Assembly (NCBI GenBank): GCA_016795295.1
Contig: JAEUHP010000275.1
Location: 2,195 to 66,194 of the forward strand
DNA: 64,000 bases
From: Planctomycetota bacterium
GTDB taxonomy: Bacteria; Planctomycetota; UBA1135; UBA2386
Reading direction: 5' to 3'
Of the stretch, positions 27,414 to 35,667 are shown piece by piece (position 1 is the stretch's first letter; every line of letters begins with the position of its first letter). A model generated the notes under the pieces. The model did not search any database. It saw nothing but the letters and a program-made list of their open reading frames with translations, and was not told the DNA's origin. Position numbers and translations under genes: made by a program.

Positions 27414-28715
27414 ATGAGCACGTCGCATCTCGTCCGCTTCCCCTTGGCCCCGTGCGCTGCGGTGCTGGTGGCTGCCACGCTCCTGGCGCCCCTGGTCCAA
27501 GCTCAAGACCGACCGGCCGCGGCCGAACTGCCACCGCTGGAGAAGGTCGCCAACGGCACTTGGAGCGAAGCGCGGGGCAGTGGCCCCACTCGGCAGGATG
27601 CGTTGGCCCAGGCGATCGAAGGGGCGGTGATGCGGGTGAACGGCTTGCGGGTGGCGACCGGCCCGGCGCTGCGGGCGCGCCTTGGGTTGGTGAAGAACCA
27701 GGACGGCAGTGTGAGTACGACCGAGGGCACCCTCGAAGTGGCCCGAGTCGTGCAGCAGCTCGAGGGCTTCGTCGACCAGGCAGAGGTGAAGCAGGAGCAG
27801 AAAGGCGCCGACGGCCTGTGGAGCGTGCAGGTGCGCTGCCTGGTCGCCAGCTTCGATCCAAACCGGGCCGAATTCGTGGTGCAGTTGGCCGGGGCGCCCA
27901 AGGGTGGGCGGGACGTGGCCTACCAGGATCTCGGCACCTGCTTGGTCTTGAACGTCGACGAGGAGACCGGCACCCAGAGTCGTTCGGGACCCTACAACAT
28001 CGCCGGAACGCGCATCGGTGACTGCCTGGTCGGCACCAACCGGGTCAAGATCGGCTACCGCGGCCCCGGTGTGCAGATGGACGGTGACAGCGATCCACGG
28101 CAGGCGGCCAAGGCCGGCAAGGGCTTGGTGGCCACACATCGCATCGACGTCGAGTGGGATCCGGTGGTGGTGCGAGTCATCACGCGCAAAGCACTCAAGA
28201 GCCGGCCGGGTCTGCCCCGGCGGAGCGACCTGGACACCGCCTACGTCACCGCGCGCATCGCCGTGCGCAATCTGGTCGAGAAAACCGAAGTGGCGTCGTT
28301 CGAACTGCCGATCGTCTGCCCCGCCGATTGGTTCCGCCGCGGCGAGGCGCCGCTGGCCCTCGACCAGGAGAACCTGCTGGCCATGGCCCAGCGCGTCGCT
28401 GCATTCGCCGAGGTGGAAGTCGCCAAGCGCGTCTACTTCGCGCTGCGGCCGCCGCTGGTGCTGAACAAGAAGCAGGGCGAAGGCGACCGCGCGCCGTGGC
28501 TGGTCGAAGTCGACCTGCCGCGGCATCTCGCCGCCGAGTTCGACACCTTCGAATTCGGCCGTGACGGTTCGCTGGGCGGCTCCGGCTGGCGGCCCGTCGG
28601 CCGCGGCAAGCTGGTCGGCGGCGAACAGACCAGCATTTTCGAACTCGACGCCGACAGCAAGCCGGCGGAGATCCAGGTTGGTGCGACCCGACTCGAACCG
28701 ACCAAGTCCAAGTGA
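27414..28715 (+). CDS. Secreted protein, N-terminal LPP20/FlgP-like segment plus unknown C-terminal region
   Basis: The ATG at 27414 gives MSTSHLVRF...LLAPLVQAQD, a signal peptidase I-type signal. GSGPTRQDALAQAIEGAVMRVNGLRV resembles LPP20-type lipoprotein domains. I do not recognise the rest. Confidence 0.55.
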   Translation: MSTSHLVRFPLAPCAAVLVAATLLAPLVQAQDRPAAAELPPLEKVANGTWSEARGSGPTRQDALAQAIEGAVMRVNGLRVATGPALRARLGLVKNQDGSVSTTEGTLEVARVVQQLEGFVDQAEVKQEQKGADGLWSVQVRCLVASFDPNRAEFVVQLAGAPKGGRDVAYQDLGTCLVLNVDEETGTQSRSGPYNIAGTRIGDCLVGTNRVKIGYRGPGVQMDGDSDPRQAAKAGKGLVATHRIDVEWDPVVVRVITRKALKSRPGLPRRSDLDTAYVTARIAVRNLVEKTEVASFELPIVCPADWFRRGEAPLALDQENLLAMAQRVAAFAEVEVAKRVYFALRPPLVLNKKQGEGDRAPWLVEVDLPRHLAAEFDTFEFGRDGSLGGSGWRPVGRGKLVGGEQTSIFELDADSKPAEIQVGATRLEPTKSK

Positions 28716-28725
28716 GCAGAACCCC

Positions 28726-29181
28726 ATGAAACGCATCCCGGATTCCGACCGCCACACCAAGGGCACCCCACGACTCGTGGCCTGGAACCAGCGGTTGGCG
28801 ATGGCCGCTCTGCTGCTGGCCGCCGGCTGCGCCAGCGCTCCGTACGCCGCACGCGCCATCGAAGACGACGCCGAGCAGGCTTCGTCGGTGGTCGTCGAAG
28901 ACGGCTCCCTGCACAAGCTGCTGCGCGCCGGCAGGCCGCTGCTGGAGCGCATTCCCGTCACCAACCAACTGCGCGTCACCGTGCCGGTGCGCAACGTCGG
29001 CGACGATCTGCTGCAGATCCGCGCGCAGATGACCTTCCTGGACGGCAAGCACGACCCGATCGGCGACGAGACGCCGCGCATGCTGCAGTTCATCGAACCC
29101 GGCCACACCATCTACGTGACGGCCACTTCGCAGCGCGCGGGTGCCGAGGACTTCGTGCTGCGGCTGGCCTGGAACAAGTGA
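28726..29181 (+). CDS. YcfL-like (DUF1425) lipoprotein
   Basis: Lipobox LLAAGC. LRVTVPVRNVGDDLLQIRAQMTFLDGKHDPI...IEPGHTIYVTATS...FVLRLAW fits the YcfL beta-sandwich pattern. Confidence 0.6.
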   Translation: MKRIPDSDRHTKGTPRLVAWNQRLAMAALLLAAGCASAPYAARAIEDDAEQASSVVVEDGSLHKLLRAGRPLLERIPVTNQLRVTVPVRNVGDDLLQIRAQMTFLDGKHDPIGDETPRMLQFIEPGHTIYVTATSQRAGAEDFVLRLAWNK

Positions 29182-29250
29182 AGCGCACCTGGGCTCGATG
29201 CCATCGGCCGCGTGCCGGCACGCGCCCAGGACGCTGCCGATGAGGATTCC

Positions 29251-29793
29251 ATGAACGCGCTCCGTCGATGGCTCGGCTTGGCCGGTGCCAGCCTGTTCGC
29301 CGCCTGCGCAGCTCCGGCCTTCGTGCCGCACGTGCCAGCGCCACCGCCGATGGCGGCACCGGTGCCACCGGCGGGGCAAGGGTCACTGGCAACGCAGGAG
29401 CCGCAGCAAGCATGGCCCGCAACGCCACCCGCCCCGGCGCAATCCGGCACCACGCGCTGGGACCAGCCGATCGTGCTGCGCACATCCTTGTCCGCAGCCC
29501 GGCCCGCCGCACCCGAAGCCTTCGACCGGGAATCGGACGAAGCTGCGGCCCACCGCGCGCCGGCAGCCCGTGACGAAGCAGCCGCTGGCACCCTGGCCGT
29601 AGCGCCAGCGCCCGGAGCCGCCGTCGTGGACCGGCGCGGCGGCTGGCGCGGCCCGGTGGTGGTGCCGCTCTGGTGGGGAGTGCCCGATCCCCTCGGCTAC
29701 GGGCTGGCCCGCGCCGCGCGCCGCGCATCGCCCCGGTTGGTCCGCGACGTGCTGCTGGGTCCGTGGTCCTGGCTGCACCGCGCCTGGCGGTGA
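29251..29793 (+). CDS. Proline-rich lipoprotein, unknown function
   Basis: The ATG at 29251 gives MNALRRWLGLAGASLFAAC (lipobox), followed by a Pro/Ala-rich low-complexity region. Confidence 0.45.
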   Translation: MNALRRWLGLAGASLFAACAAPAFVPHVPAPPPMAAPVPPAGQGSLATQEPQQAWPATPPAPAQSGTTRWDQPIVLRTSLSAARPAAPEAFDRESDEAAAHRAPAARDEAAAGTLAVAPAPGAAVVDRRGGWRGPVVVPLWWGVPDPLGYGLARAARRASPRLVRDVLLGPWSWLHRAWR

Positions 29794-29865
29794 GCAACCG
29801 CTGGCGCGCGCAGGCAAAGCCGCGCCGGGCTTGCATCCGCGGCACTGCGGGGTAACCAAGGAGCG

Positions 29866-30657
29866 ATGCCGCCGCCGCGCAAGGAGATCTCCTCGGCCAA
29901 GAACCCCTCGATCCAGCGTTTCAAGGACGCTGCGGTCGGTGCTCTGGACGGCGCCATGCTCGCCGAAGGCGTGCGCCTGGTCGCCGAAGCGCTCGCCGCC
30001 GGCGTGCCGGTGTTGGAAGCCGCCGTGTCGCCGCGCTGCACCGACAAAGCCCTGCGCGAACGGCTGCAGCAGGCGGCGCAGTCCTACCTCGAAGTCACCG
30101 ACGACGTGCTGGGGCGCATGAGCGCTTTGGACACGCCGCAGGGCGTGGCCGCGATCCTGCAGCGGCCGGCCGTCGACGAAGCCGCGCTGCTCACCGGCGA
30201 CCTGGCGCCGCTGGTGGTGGTGGCGGCGGGCGTGCGCGATCCGGGCAACCTGGGCGCCCTGGTGCGCACCGCGGAGGCAGCGGGGGCCACGGGTCTCCTG
30301 ACCATGCGCGGCGGCGCCGATCCGTTCCGCGACAAGGCGGTGCGTGGCTCGATGGGTTCGGTGTTTCGCTTGCCGGTGCGGCACGGCCTCGACGCCCAAG
30401 AAGTGATCGCGTTCGCCCAGCGGCACCGCCTGCAACTGGTGGTCGCGGACGGCGGTGGGGGCGTTCTGCACAGCGCCGCAGACCTGCGCAAGCCACTGCT
30501 GCTGGTGGTGGGAGCCGAGGCGGCGGGCGTGCCCGCCGAACTGATCCAGGCCGCCGCAGCGCGGGTGCGCATTCCCCTCCGCGCGCCGGTGGAGAGCCTG
30601 AACGTCGCCGTCGCGGCAGGTGTGCTGCTCTACGAAGCGCAGCGGCAGCGGAGCTGA
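29866..30657 (+). CDS. TrmH/SpoU-family RNA 2'-O-methyltransferase
   Basis: AAGGAG precedes the ATG. SpoU motifs GNLGALVRTAEAAG, LLVVGAEAAGV and ESLNVAVAAGVLLYE. Confidence 0.85.
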   Translation: MPPPRKEISSAKNPSIQRFKDAAVGALDGAMLAEGVRLVAEALAAGVPVLEAAVSPRCTDKALRERLQQAAQSYLEVTDDVLGRMSALDTPQGVAAILQRPAVDEAALLTGDLAPLVVVAAGVRDPGNLGALVRTAEAAGATGLLTMRGGADPFRDKAVRGSMGSVFRLPVRHGLDAQEVIAFAQRHRLQLVVADGGGGVLHSAADLRKPLLLVVGAEAAGVPAELIQAAAARVRIPLRAPVESLNVAVAAGVLLYEAQRQRS

Positions 30658-30658
30658 G

Positions 30659-31990
30659 ATGAGCCTGTTCGGCGACCTTCCCGAAGCAGCGCCGGCGCGC
30701 AAGGGACCGCCGCCGCCACTGGCCGAACGCATGCGGCCACGCACGCTGGAGGAGTATCTCGGCCAGGACCAAGTGGTCGGCGCGGGCCGCGCGCTGCGCG
30801 CCGCGATCGAAAGCGGCAAGGCCGGCTCGCTGATCCTGTGGGGCCCGCCCGGGGTCGGCAAGACCACCTTGGCGCACCTGATCGCGCAGCGCGCCGATCT
30901 GCACTTCCAGCCGTTCTCGGCGGTGCTCGCCGGCGTGGCCCAGGTGCGCGAAGCGGTGGCCGAGGCCAAGGCGCGCCGCGACCGCGACGGACGCGGCACG
31001 TTGGTGTTCATCGACGAGATCCATCGCTTCAACAAGGCGCAGCAGGATGCGTTCTTGCCGCACGTCGAGAAGGGCGACCTGGTGCTGGTCGGTGCCACGA
31101 CCGAGAACCCGTCGTTCGCGGTGAACGGCGCCCTGCTGTCGCGCGCCCGCGTGGTACCGCTGCAACCCCTGCCGGCGGCGGCCGTCGAACGCCTGGTGCG
31201 CGAGGCGCTCGCGGACCGCGAGCGCGGCCTCGGCGTGCGCAGCCTCGCCATCGCGCCAGAGGCGTTGGCCCGCCTCGTGGCGCTGGCCGGTGGGGACGCG
31301 CGGCGCGCCCTGGGCGGTGTGGAAGCCTGTGCGGCGACCTGTGTCGATGGCGAGACGATCACCGCACCGATGGTGGTCGAGGCGTTCCAGCATCGCGCGC
31401 TGGCCCACGACAAGGACGGCGACCTGCACTACGACTTGCTGTCGGCCCTGCACAAGAGCCTGCGCAATTCCGACGTGCAGGCGGCGGTCTATTGGCTGGC
31501 GCGGGCCCTCGAAGCCGGTGCCGATCCAGTGCACGCGGCGCGGCGCATGGTGGCGATGGCCGCCGAAGACATCGGGTTGGCCGATCCCATGGCGCTGCAG
31601 GTGGCGGTGGCAGCGCTACATGCACTGCAGTTCCTGGGTGTGCCGGAAGGTCGCTTGCCGCTGACGCAGGCCGCCGTCTATCTGGCCGCAGCGCCGAAGA
31701 GCAACGCAGTGATCCTGGCCATCGACGCAGCGGCTCGAGCCGCGCGCGAAGGGGCGCAGCACCCGGTGCCGCTGCATCTGCGCAATGCCGCGACCGGTCT
31801 CGCGAGCGAACTGGGCCATGGCCAAGGATACGCCTACGCGCACGACCAGCCCGGAGGCGTGGCGCGCATGGAATGCCTGCCCGCAGAACTGCGCGGCCTG
31901 GTGTTCTTCGCCCCTGGCGAGCGCGGCTTCGAGAAGAAGGTTCAGGAACGCATGGCGGAGAACGACCGTCTGCGGTCGGGCCGGACCTAG
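30659..31990 (+). CDS. rarA: Replication-associated recombination protein A (AAA+ ATPase)
   Basis: MSLFGD...LAERMRPRTLEEYLGQ, Walker A GPPGVGKTT, FIDEIHRFNKAQQDAFLPHVE, and C-terminal MgsA motifs HYDLLSALHKSLR and HLRNA. Confidence 0.9.
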   Translation: MSLFGDLPEAAPARKGPPPPLAERMRPRTLEEYLGQDQVVGAGRALRAAIESGKAGSLILWGPPGVGKTTLAHLIAQRADLHFQPFSAVLAGVAQVREAVAEAKARRDRDGRGTLVFIDEIHRFNKAQQDAFLPHVEKGDLVLVGATTENPSFAVNGALLSRARVVPLQPLPAAAVERLVREALADRERGLGVRSLAIAPEALARLVALAGGDARRALGGVEACAATCVDGETITAPMVVEAFQHRALAHDKDGDLHYDLLSALHKSLRNSDVQAAVYWLARALEAGADPVHAARRMVAMAAEDIGLADPMALQVAVAALHALQFLGVPEGRLPLTQAAVYLAAAPKSNAVILAIDAAARAAREGAQHPVPLHLRNAATGLASELGHGQGYAYAHDQPGGVARMECLPAELRGLVFFAPGERGFEKKVQERMAENDRLRSGRT

Positions 31991-31993
31991 CCC

Positions 31994-32830
31994 ATGGGCC
32001 GGCCCGAAGTGCGGTTCGGCGTGGCCGGCTGGTCCTATCCGGACTGGCGCGGAGTGGTCTATCCCAAGGGCTGCAAGGACACGCTGCGCGCGGTGGCCCA
32101 ACGCGTCGGCCTGCTGGAGATCAACAGCACCTTCTACGCCGTGCCGTCGGCGAAGAATTGCGCCTCCTGGGCCGTGCGCACCCAGGACCTCGGCACCCTG
32201 TTCACCGCCAAGCTGCCGCGCGAGTTCACCCACGAACGCCGCGTGGCCAGTGCCACCGTGGCGGAGACCGCAGCGGGCTTCGCCCCGCTCGCGGCGTCAG
32301 GGCGCCTGCTCGGCCTGCTGGCGCAGTTCGCCCACGACTTCGCGTTCGGGCCGTCGGCCGTTGCGCACGTGGCGCGGCTGCGCGAAGCGTTCACTGCCAC
32401 GGCGCCGCTGTTCGTCGAAGTCCGCCATCGCTCGTGGAACGCGGCGGCGGCCCTCGCCGCGCTGCGCGACGTCGGCGTCGGGGTGCTCGACCTCGACTAT
32501 CCCGGCATGGTCGGCGGCTTTTCGCGCGACACCGCCGAGGTGCCAGCCCCCGACGGCACCTGCTACTTCCGGCTGCACGGGCGCAACCGCGCATGGTTCC
32601 GGCCGGGTGCTGGTCGCGACGAAGTCTACGACTGGGAATACTCGCGCGACGAGGTCGCACAGTTGCAGGCACGCCTGCTGCGCATCGCCGGTGGCGCCAC
32701 GCGCACTCTGGTGGTGGCCAACAACCACTTCCACGGCAAGGCGCTGGCCGTGGTCGAACAGCTGCTGGCCTGGTACTCGGCGCTGGCCGGCAGCGCCACG
32801 TCGGCCACGAGCGCCGAACCCGGGCCGTGA
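31994..32830 (+). CDS. DUF72 (YecE-like) family protein
   Basis: VRFGVAGWSYPDWRGVVYP...EINSTFYA...VEVRHRSW...FRLHGRN...YSRDEV matches the DUF72 pattern. Confidence 0.85.
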   Translation: MGRPEVRFGVAGWSYPDWRGVVYPKGCKDTLRAVAQRVGLLEINSTFYAVPSAKNCASWAVRTQDLGTLFTAKLPREFTHERRVASATVAETAAGFAPLAASGRLLGLLAQFAHDFAFGPSAVAHVARLREAFTATAPLFVEVRHRSWNAAAALAALRDVGVGVLDLDYPGMVGGFSRDTAEVPAPDGTCYFRLHGRNRAWFRPGAGRDEVYDWEYSRDEVAQLQARLLRIAGGATRTLVVANNHFHGKALAVVEQLLAWYSALAGSATSATSAEPGP

Positions 32831-32846
32831 GCGCAGCCGCGCGCGG

Positions 32847-34589
32847 TCACCGCCGCACTTGGCGCAGTACTTCGTCGACCAGACCCTGCAGCATGCGCGG
32901 CGACAGGTCGAACGACACCCCCGCCGCGGCGAACAGTTCGGGCAGCGGGCGCGTGCCGCCGAGCTCCAGGGCTTTGCGGTAGGCGGCGACCGCGGCCTTG
33001 CGGTCGCGGCGGTAGTTGCGCCACACCTGCAGCGCAGCGAGCTGCGCGATGCCGTACTCGATGTAATAGAAGGCGTGGGTGAACAAGTGGGCCTGGCCGA
33101 TCCACTGCATGGCCAGGGCGTCGTCGAGGCCGCTCCAATCGACGTCGCCGCCGAACCGGCGGCGGATGTCGAGCCACGCCGTGCGCCGTTCGTCGCGGGT
33201 GTGGTTCGGCCGTCCGTAGACCCAGTGCTGGATGGCATCGATCGAGGCGATCCAGGTCAGGGTGCGCAGGACGCCTTCGAGATGCCGGCGGTAGGCCCGC
33301 TGCGCTTCTTCGGCGCTGTAGACCGCCCCCAAGTGCTCGAGGCCGAGCAGTTCCATCGACATGCTGGCGGTCTCCGCCATCTCGATCGGATAGTCGCGGA
33401 ACGCCAGCAGATCGTGGTCGCGGCAGGCGAGGGAGTGGAAGGCGTGGCCACCCTCGTGCAGCAACGTCTGCACGTCGCCGTGCAGGCCGACCGCATTGGC
33501 GAACACGAACGGCACCCGTTCGTCCTCGAGCTGGTACTGGTACCCGCCCGGCGCCTTGCCGGCGCGGCTCATCAAATCGAGCAGCTGGCGGTCGACCAGC
33601 ACGTCGAAGTCGGCGAGGAAACCCGGGTCGACAGCGGCGAACAACCGACGCACCAAGCTCAGCAGCTGCTCCTCGGTGGCGAACGGCCGCAGCGGCGGCC
33701 GACCTTCGGGATCGACCTCGAGGTCCCACGGCCGCAGGCGCGGCAAACCGAGTCGCGCCGCACGCTCGCGGTCGAACTGGCGCACCACCGGCACCACACA
33801 CTCGGCGATCGCATCGTGGAACTGCCGGCACTTCGCTTCGTCGTAGTCGTAGCGGCCGAGATCCAGAAAGCGGTACGGGGTGTAGGTCGTGTGACCCGCG
33901 TTGCGCGCCATGCCAGTGCGCAAGGCGACCAGCCGGTCGTAGATGTCCTCCAGCTCGTTCCAGCGTTGGGCACGTGCGGCGAGACCGGCGCGGAAGGCGC
34001 GTTCGCGCAGCGCCCGATCCTGCTGTTCGTAGTAGGGCGCGAGCTGCTGCAACGTCAGAGTCTTGCCGTCGAACGGCACCGTGATCGCACCCATCAAGGC
34101 CTGTTGCCGCGTCTGCAATTCGGCTTCCTGCTGCTGCAGAGCCGTGTTCTCGGTGCGGAACAGCTCGGCCTGAGTGCGGCGACGGCGCACCAACACCGCG
34201 TAACGAGCCGGGTCGAGCGACGCCACGAACGGGCAGGCGAGGAACTTGCGGTCGAGCTGGTCGCCGAGCACCTTGACCCGCGGCATCACCTCCTGCTCCA
34301 TCGCCAGATAGGCAGCCTTGGCCGCCGCATCGTCGGTGTGGCGAGTCATGCGCACGTAGCGTCGGGCCAGTTCGGCGCCGATGCGTGCCAGCAGTTCGCT
34401 CTCGTCGCGCAGCCAGTGCTCGAGTCCGCCCCGATCGACCAGCGGGCGGTCCGCGAGTTCGGCGAAGCGCGCTTCGAGCTGCGCCAGATCGCCGGCGTCG
34501 AACGGGGCCGGCACGTAGCGCCACGCGGGGGTGGCCAGGTTGCGTGGGGCGACGGGGGGGGCAACGGGCGATGGCATCGGACGAAGCAT
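32847..34589 (-). CDS. M3-family oligoendopeptidase (PepF-like)
   Basis: The real gene is the 3' 580 codons of the 978-aa ORF, from the ATG at 34589 (alternative ATG at 34577). Zinc motif TLLHEGGHAFH plus a downstream ExxA-type segment (IEMAETASMSMELL). Confidence 0.85.
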   Translation of the reverse strand: MLRPMPSPVAPPVAPRNLATPAWRYVPAPFDAGDLAQLEARFAELADRPLVDRGGLEHWLRDESELLARIGAELARRYVRMTRHTDDAAAKAAYLAMEQEVMPRVKVLGDQLDRKFLACPFVASLDPARYAVLVRRRRTQAELFRTENTALQQQEAELQTRQQALMGAITVPFDGKTLTLQQLAPYYEQQDRALRERAFRAGLAARAQRWNELEDIYDRLVALRTGMARNAGHTTYTPYRFLDLGRYDYDEAKCRQFHDAIAECVVPVVRQFDRERAARLGLPRLRPWDLEVDPEGRPPLRPFATEEQLLSLVRRLFAAVDPGFLADFDVLVDRQLLDLMSRAGKAPGGYQYQLEDERVPFVFANAVGLHGDVQTLLHEGGHAFHSLACRDHDLLAFRDYPIEMAETASMSMELLGLEHLGAVYSAEEAQRAYRRHLEGVLRTLTWIASIDAIQHWVYGRPNHTRDERRTAWLDIRRRFGGDVDWSGLDDALAMQWIGQAHLFTHAFYYIEYGIAQLAALQVWRNYRRDRKAAVAAYRKALELGGTRPLPELFAAAGVSFDLSPRMLQGLVDEVLRQVRR

Positions 34590-34721
34590 AGGATGCACCG
34601 ACCCGGAACCGAGTGGGCGATTGGCGAATGCCCACAGCGGCAGCCGCCGGCGCGGCCCCCGATCAAGTCGAGCGCGGCCTTCGGCCGATGCCGTGCCAGT
34701 ACCCCTGAGCAAAGGCCAACC

Positions 34722-35636
34722 TTGGACACCATTCTGCTCGTCAACGACTCCGCCACGCTGACCAAGGTGCTCAGCGGCCATTTCCAGAAAGCCGGTTACC
34801 GGGTCATCGCGGTCTCCGGCGTGATGGACGCCTATGAAGCGTTCATTCGCAACGACGTCGATCTGATCCTGACCGATTTCATTCTGCGCGACAAGGACGG
34901 GGTCGACGTGATTCGGACCTTCCGCAGCAAGAAGGCCCAGCGGGCCCTGCCGATCGTGGTGTTCACGGCGATGGACGACCCTGGCACGGTCCAGGCGTGC
35001 AAGGACGCCGGAGCGAACCGCGTGCTCGCCAAGTCGAACGGCACGGCCCATCTGGTCGAGCAGATCGAGCAACTGATCGAAGAGTACAAAGCCACGCGGC
35101 CGAGCCACTCGCTGGACCAGGACATGGGCAGCTGCATCGTGAAGGCCACCGGCGACGTGTTCCGCACGATGATGAGTCTGAAGGTGGTGCCGGGCGAAGT
35201 GTCGATCGAGAAGGCCAAGATCCGCAAAGCCGAAGTGATCGGCAGCATCGGCGTCGCCGGCTTCTTGTCGGGCTCGATCTCCTTGTTCATGCCGAAGAAG
35301 CTCGCCCAGCAGGCCGTTGCGGCGATGCTGATGATGGAGCCAGGCACCGAGCTGGCCGACGGGGAGCTGGTCGACGCGATCGGCGAACTGACCAACATGG
35401 TCGGCGGCAGCATCAAGACCGAGCTGTTCCAGAAGACGCCGCTGTTCGACATCTCGGTGCCGAGTGTCTACATCGGCGAAGACCTGCAGCGTCGTTCGGT
35501 GTCCGACGATCTCTGCTTCCTGGTGCCGTTCACCGTCGGCGACCTCGCGTTCTCGGTCGAGTTCCTGATGGTCACCAAGAAGGAAGGCGGCACCGGCGTG
35601 CAGCAGGCGATCGTCAGCGGCACGGTCGGCGCGTGA
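34722..35636 (+). CDS. Response-regulator receiver domain fused to a CheX-like phosphatase domain
   Basis: TTG at 34722 preceded by AAAGG. REC: ILLVNDS, LILTDF (acceptor Asp), VVFTA, VLAKS. CheX: DAIGELTN equals D-x3-E-x2-N. Only the last 304 codons of the 1283-aa track ORF are coding. Confidence 0.8.
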   Translation: MDTILLVNDSATLTKVLSGHFQKAGYRVIAVSGVMDAYEAFIRNDVDLILTDFILRDKDGVDVIRTFRSKKAQRALPIVVFTAMDDPGTVQACKDAGANRVLAKSNGTAHLVEQIEQLIEEYKATRPSHSLDQDMGSCIVKATGDVFRTMMSLKVVPGEVSIEKAKIRKAEVIGSIGVAGFLSGSISLFMPKKLAQQAVAAMLMMEPGTELADGELVDAIGELTNMVGGSIKTELFQKTPLFDISVPSVYIGEDLQRRSVSDDLCFLVPFTVGDLAFSVEFLMVTKKEGGTGVQQAIVSGTVGA

Positions 35637-35667
35637 CCCAGGACGGCCCGTCGGGCACACTGCTGTC

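Noticed and set aside
25254-29111. 1285-aa ORF on the minus strand
   Set aside because: It is antisense to the five signal-peptide-bearing lipoprotein genes. Its composition is low-complexity R/G/A/P-rich and I recognised no domains.
34554-34561. G8 homopolymer near the 5' end of the M3 peptidase gene (and a second G8 at 37835-37842), considered as phase-variation tracts
   Set aside because: Runs of 7-8 G/C are expected by chance at this GC content. They encode Pro-Pro in frame, and I have no evidence of length variation.
31785-34721. Upstream 979 codons of the 1283-aa plus-strand ORF
   Set aside because: It runs out of frame through rarA and DUF72 and antisense to the M3 peptidase gene. 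Only the last 304 codons, from the TTG at 34722, show protein-like sequence (REC-CheX).
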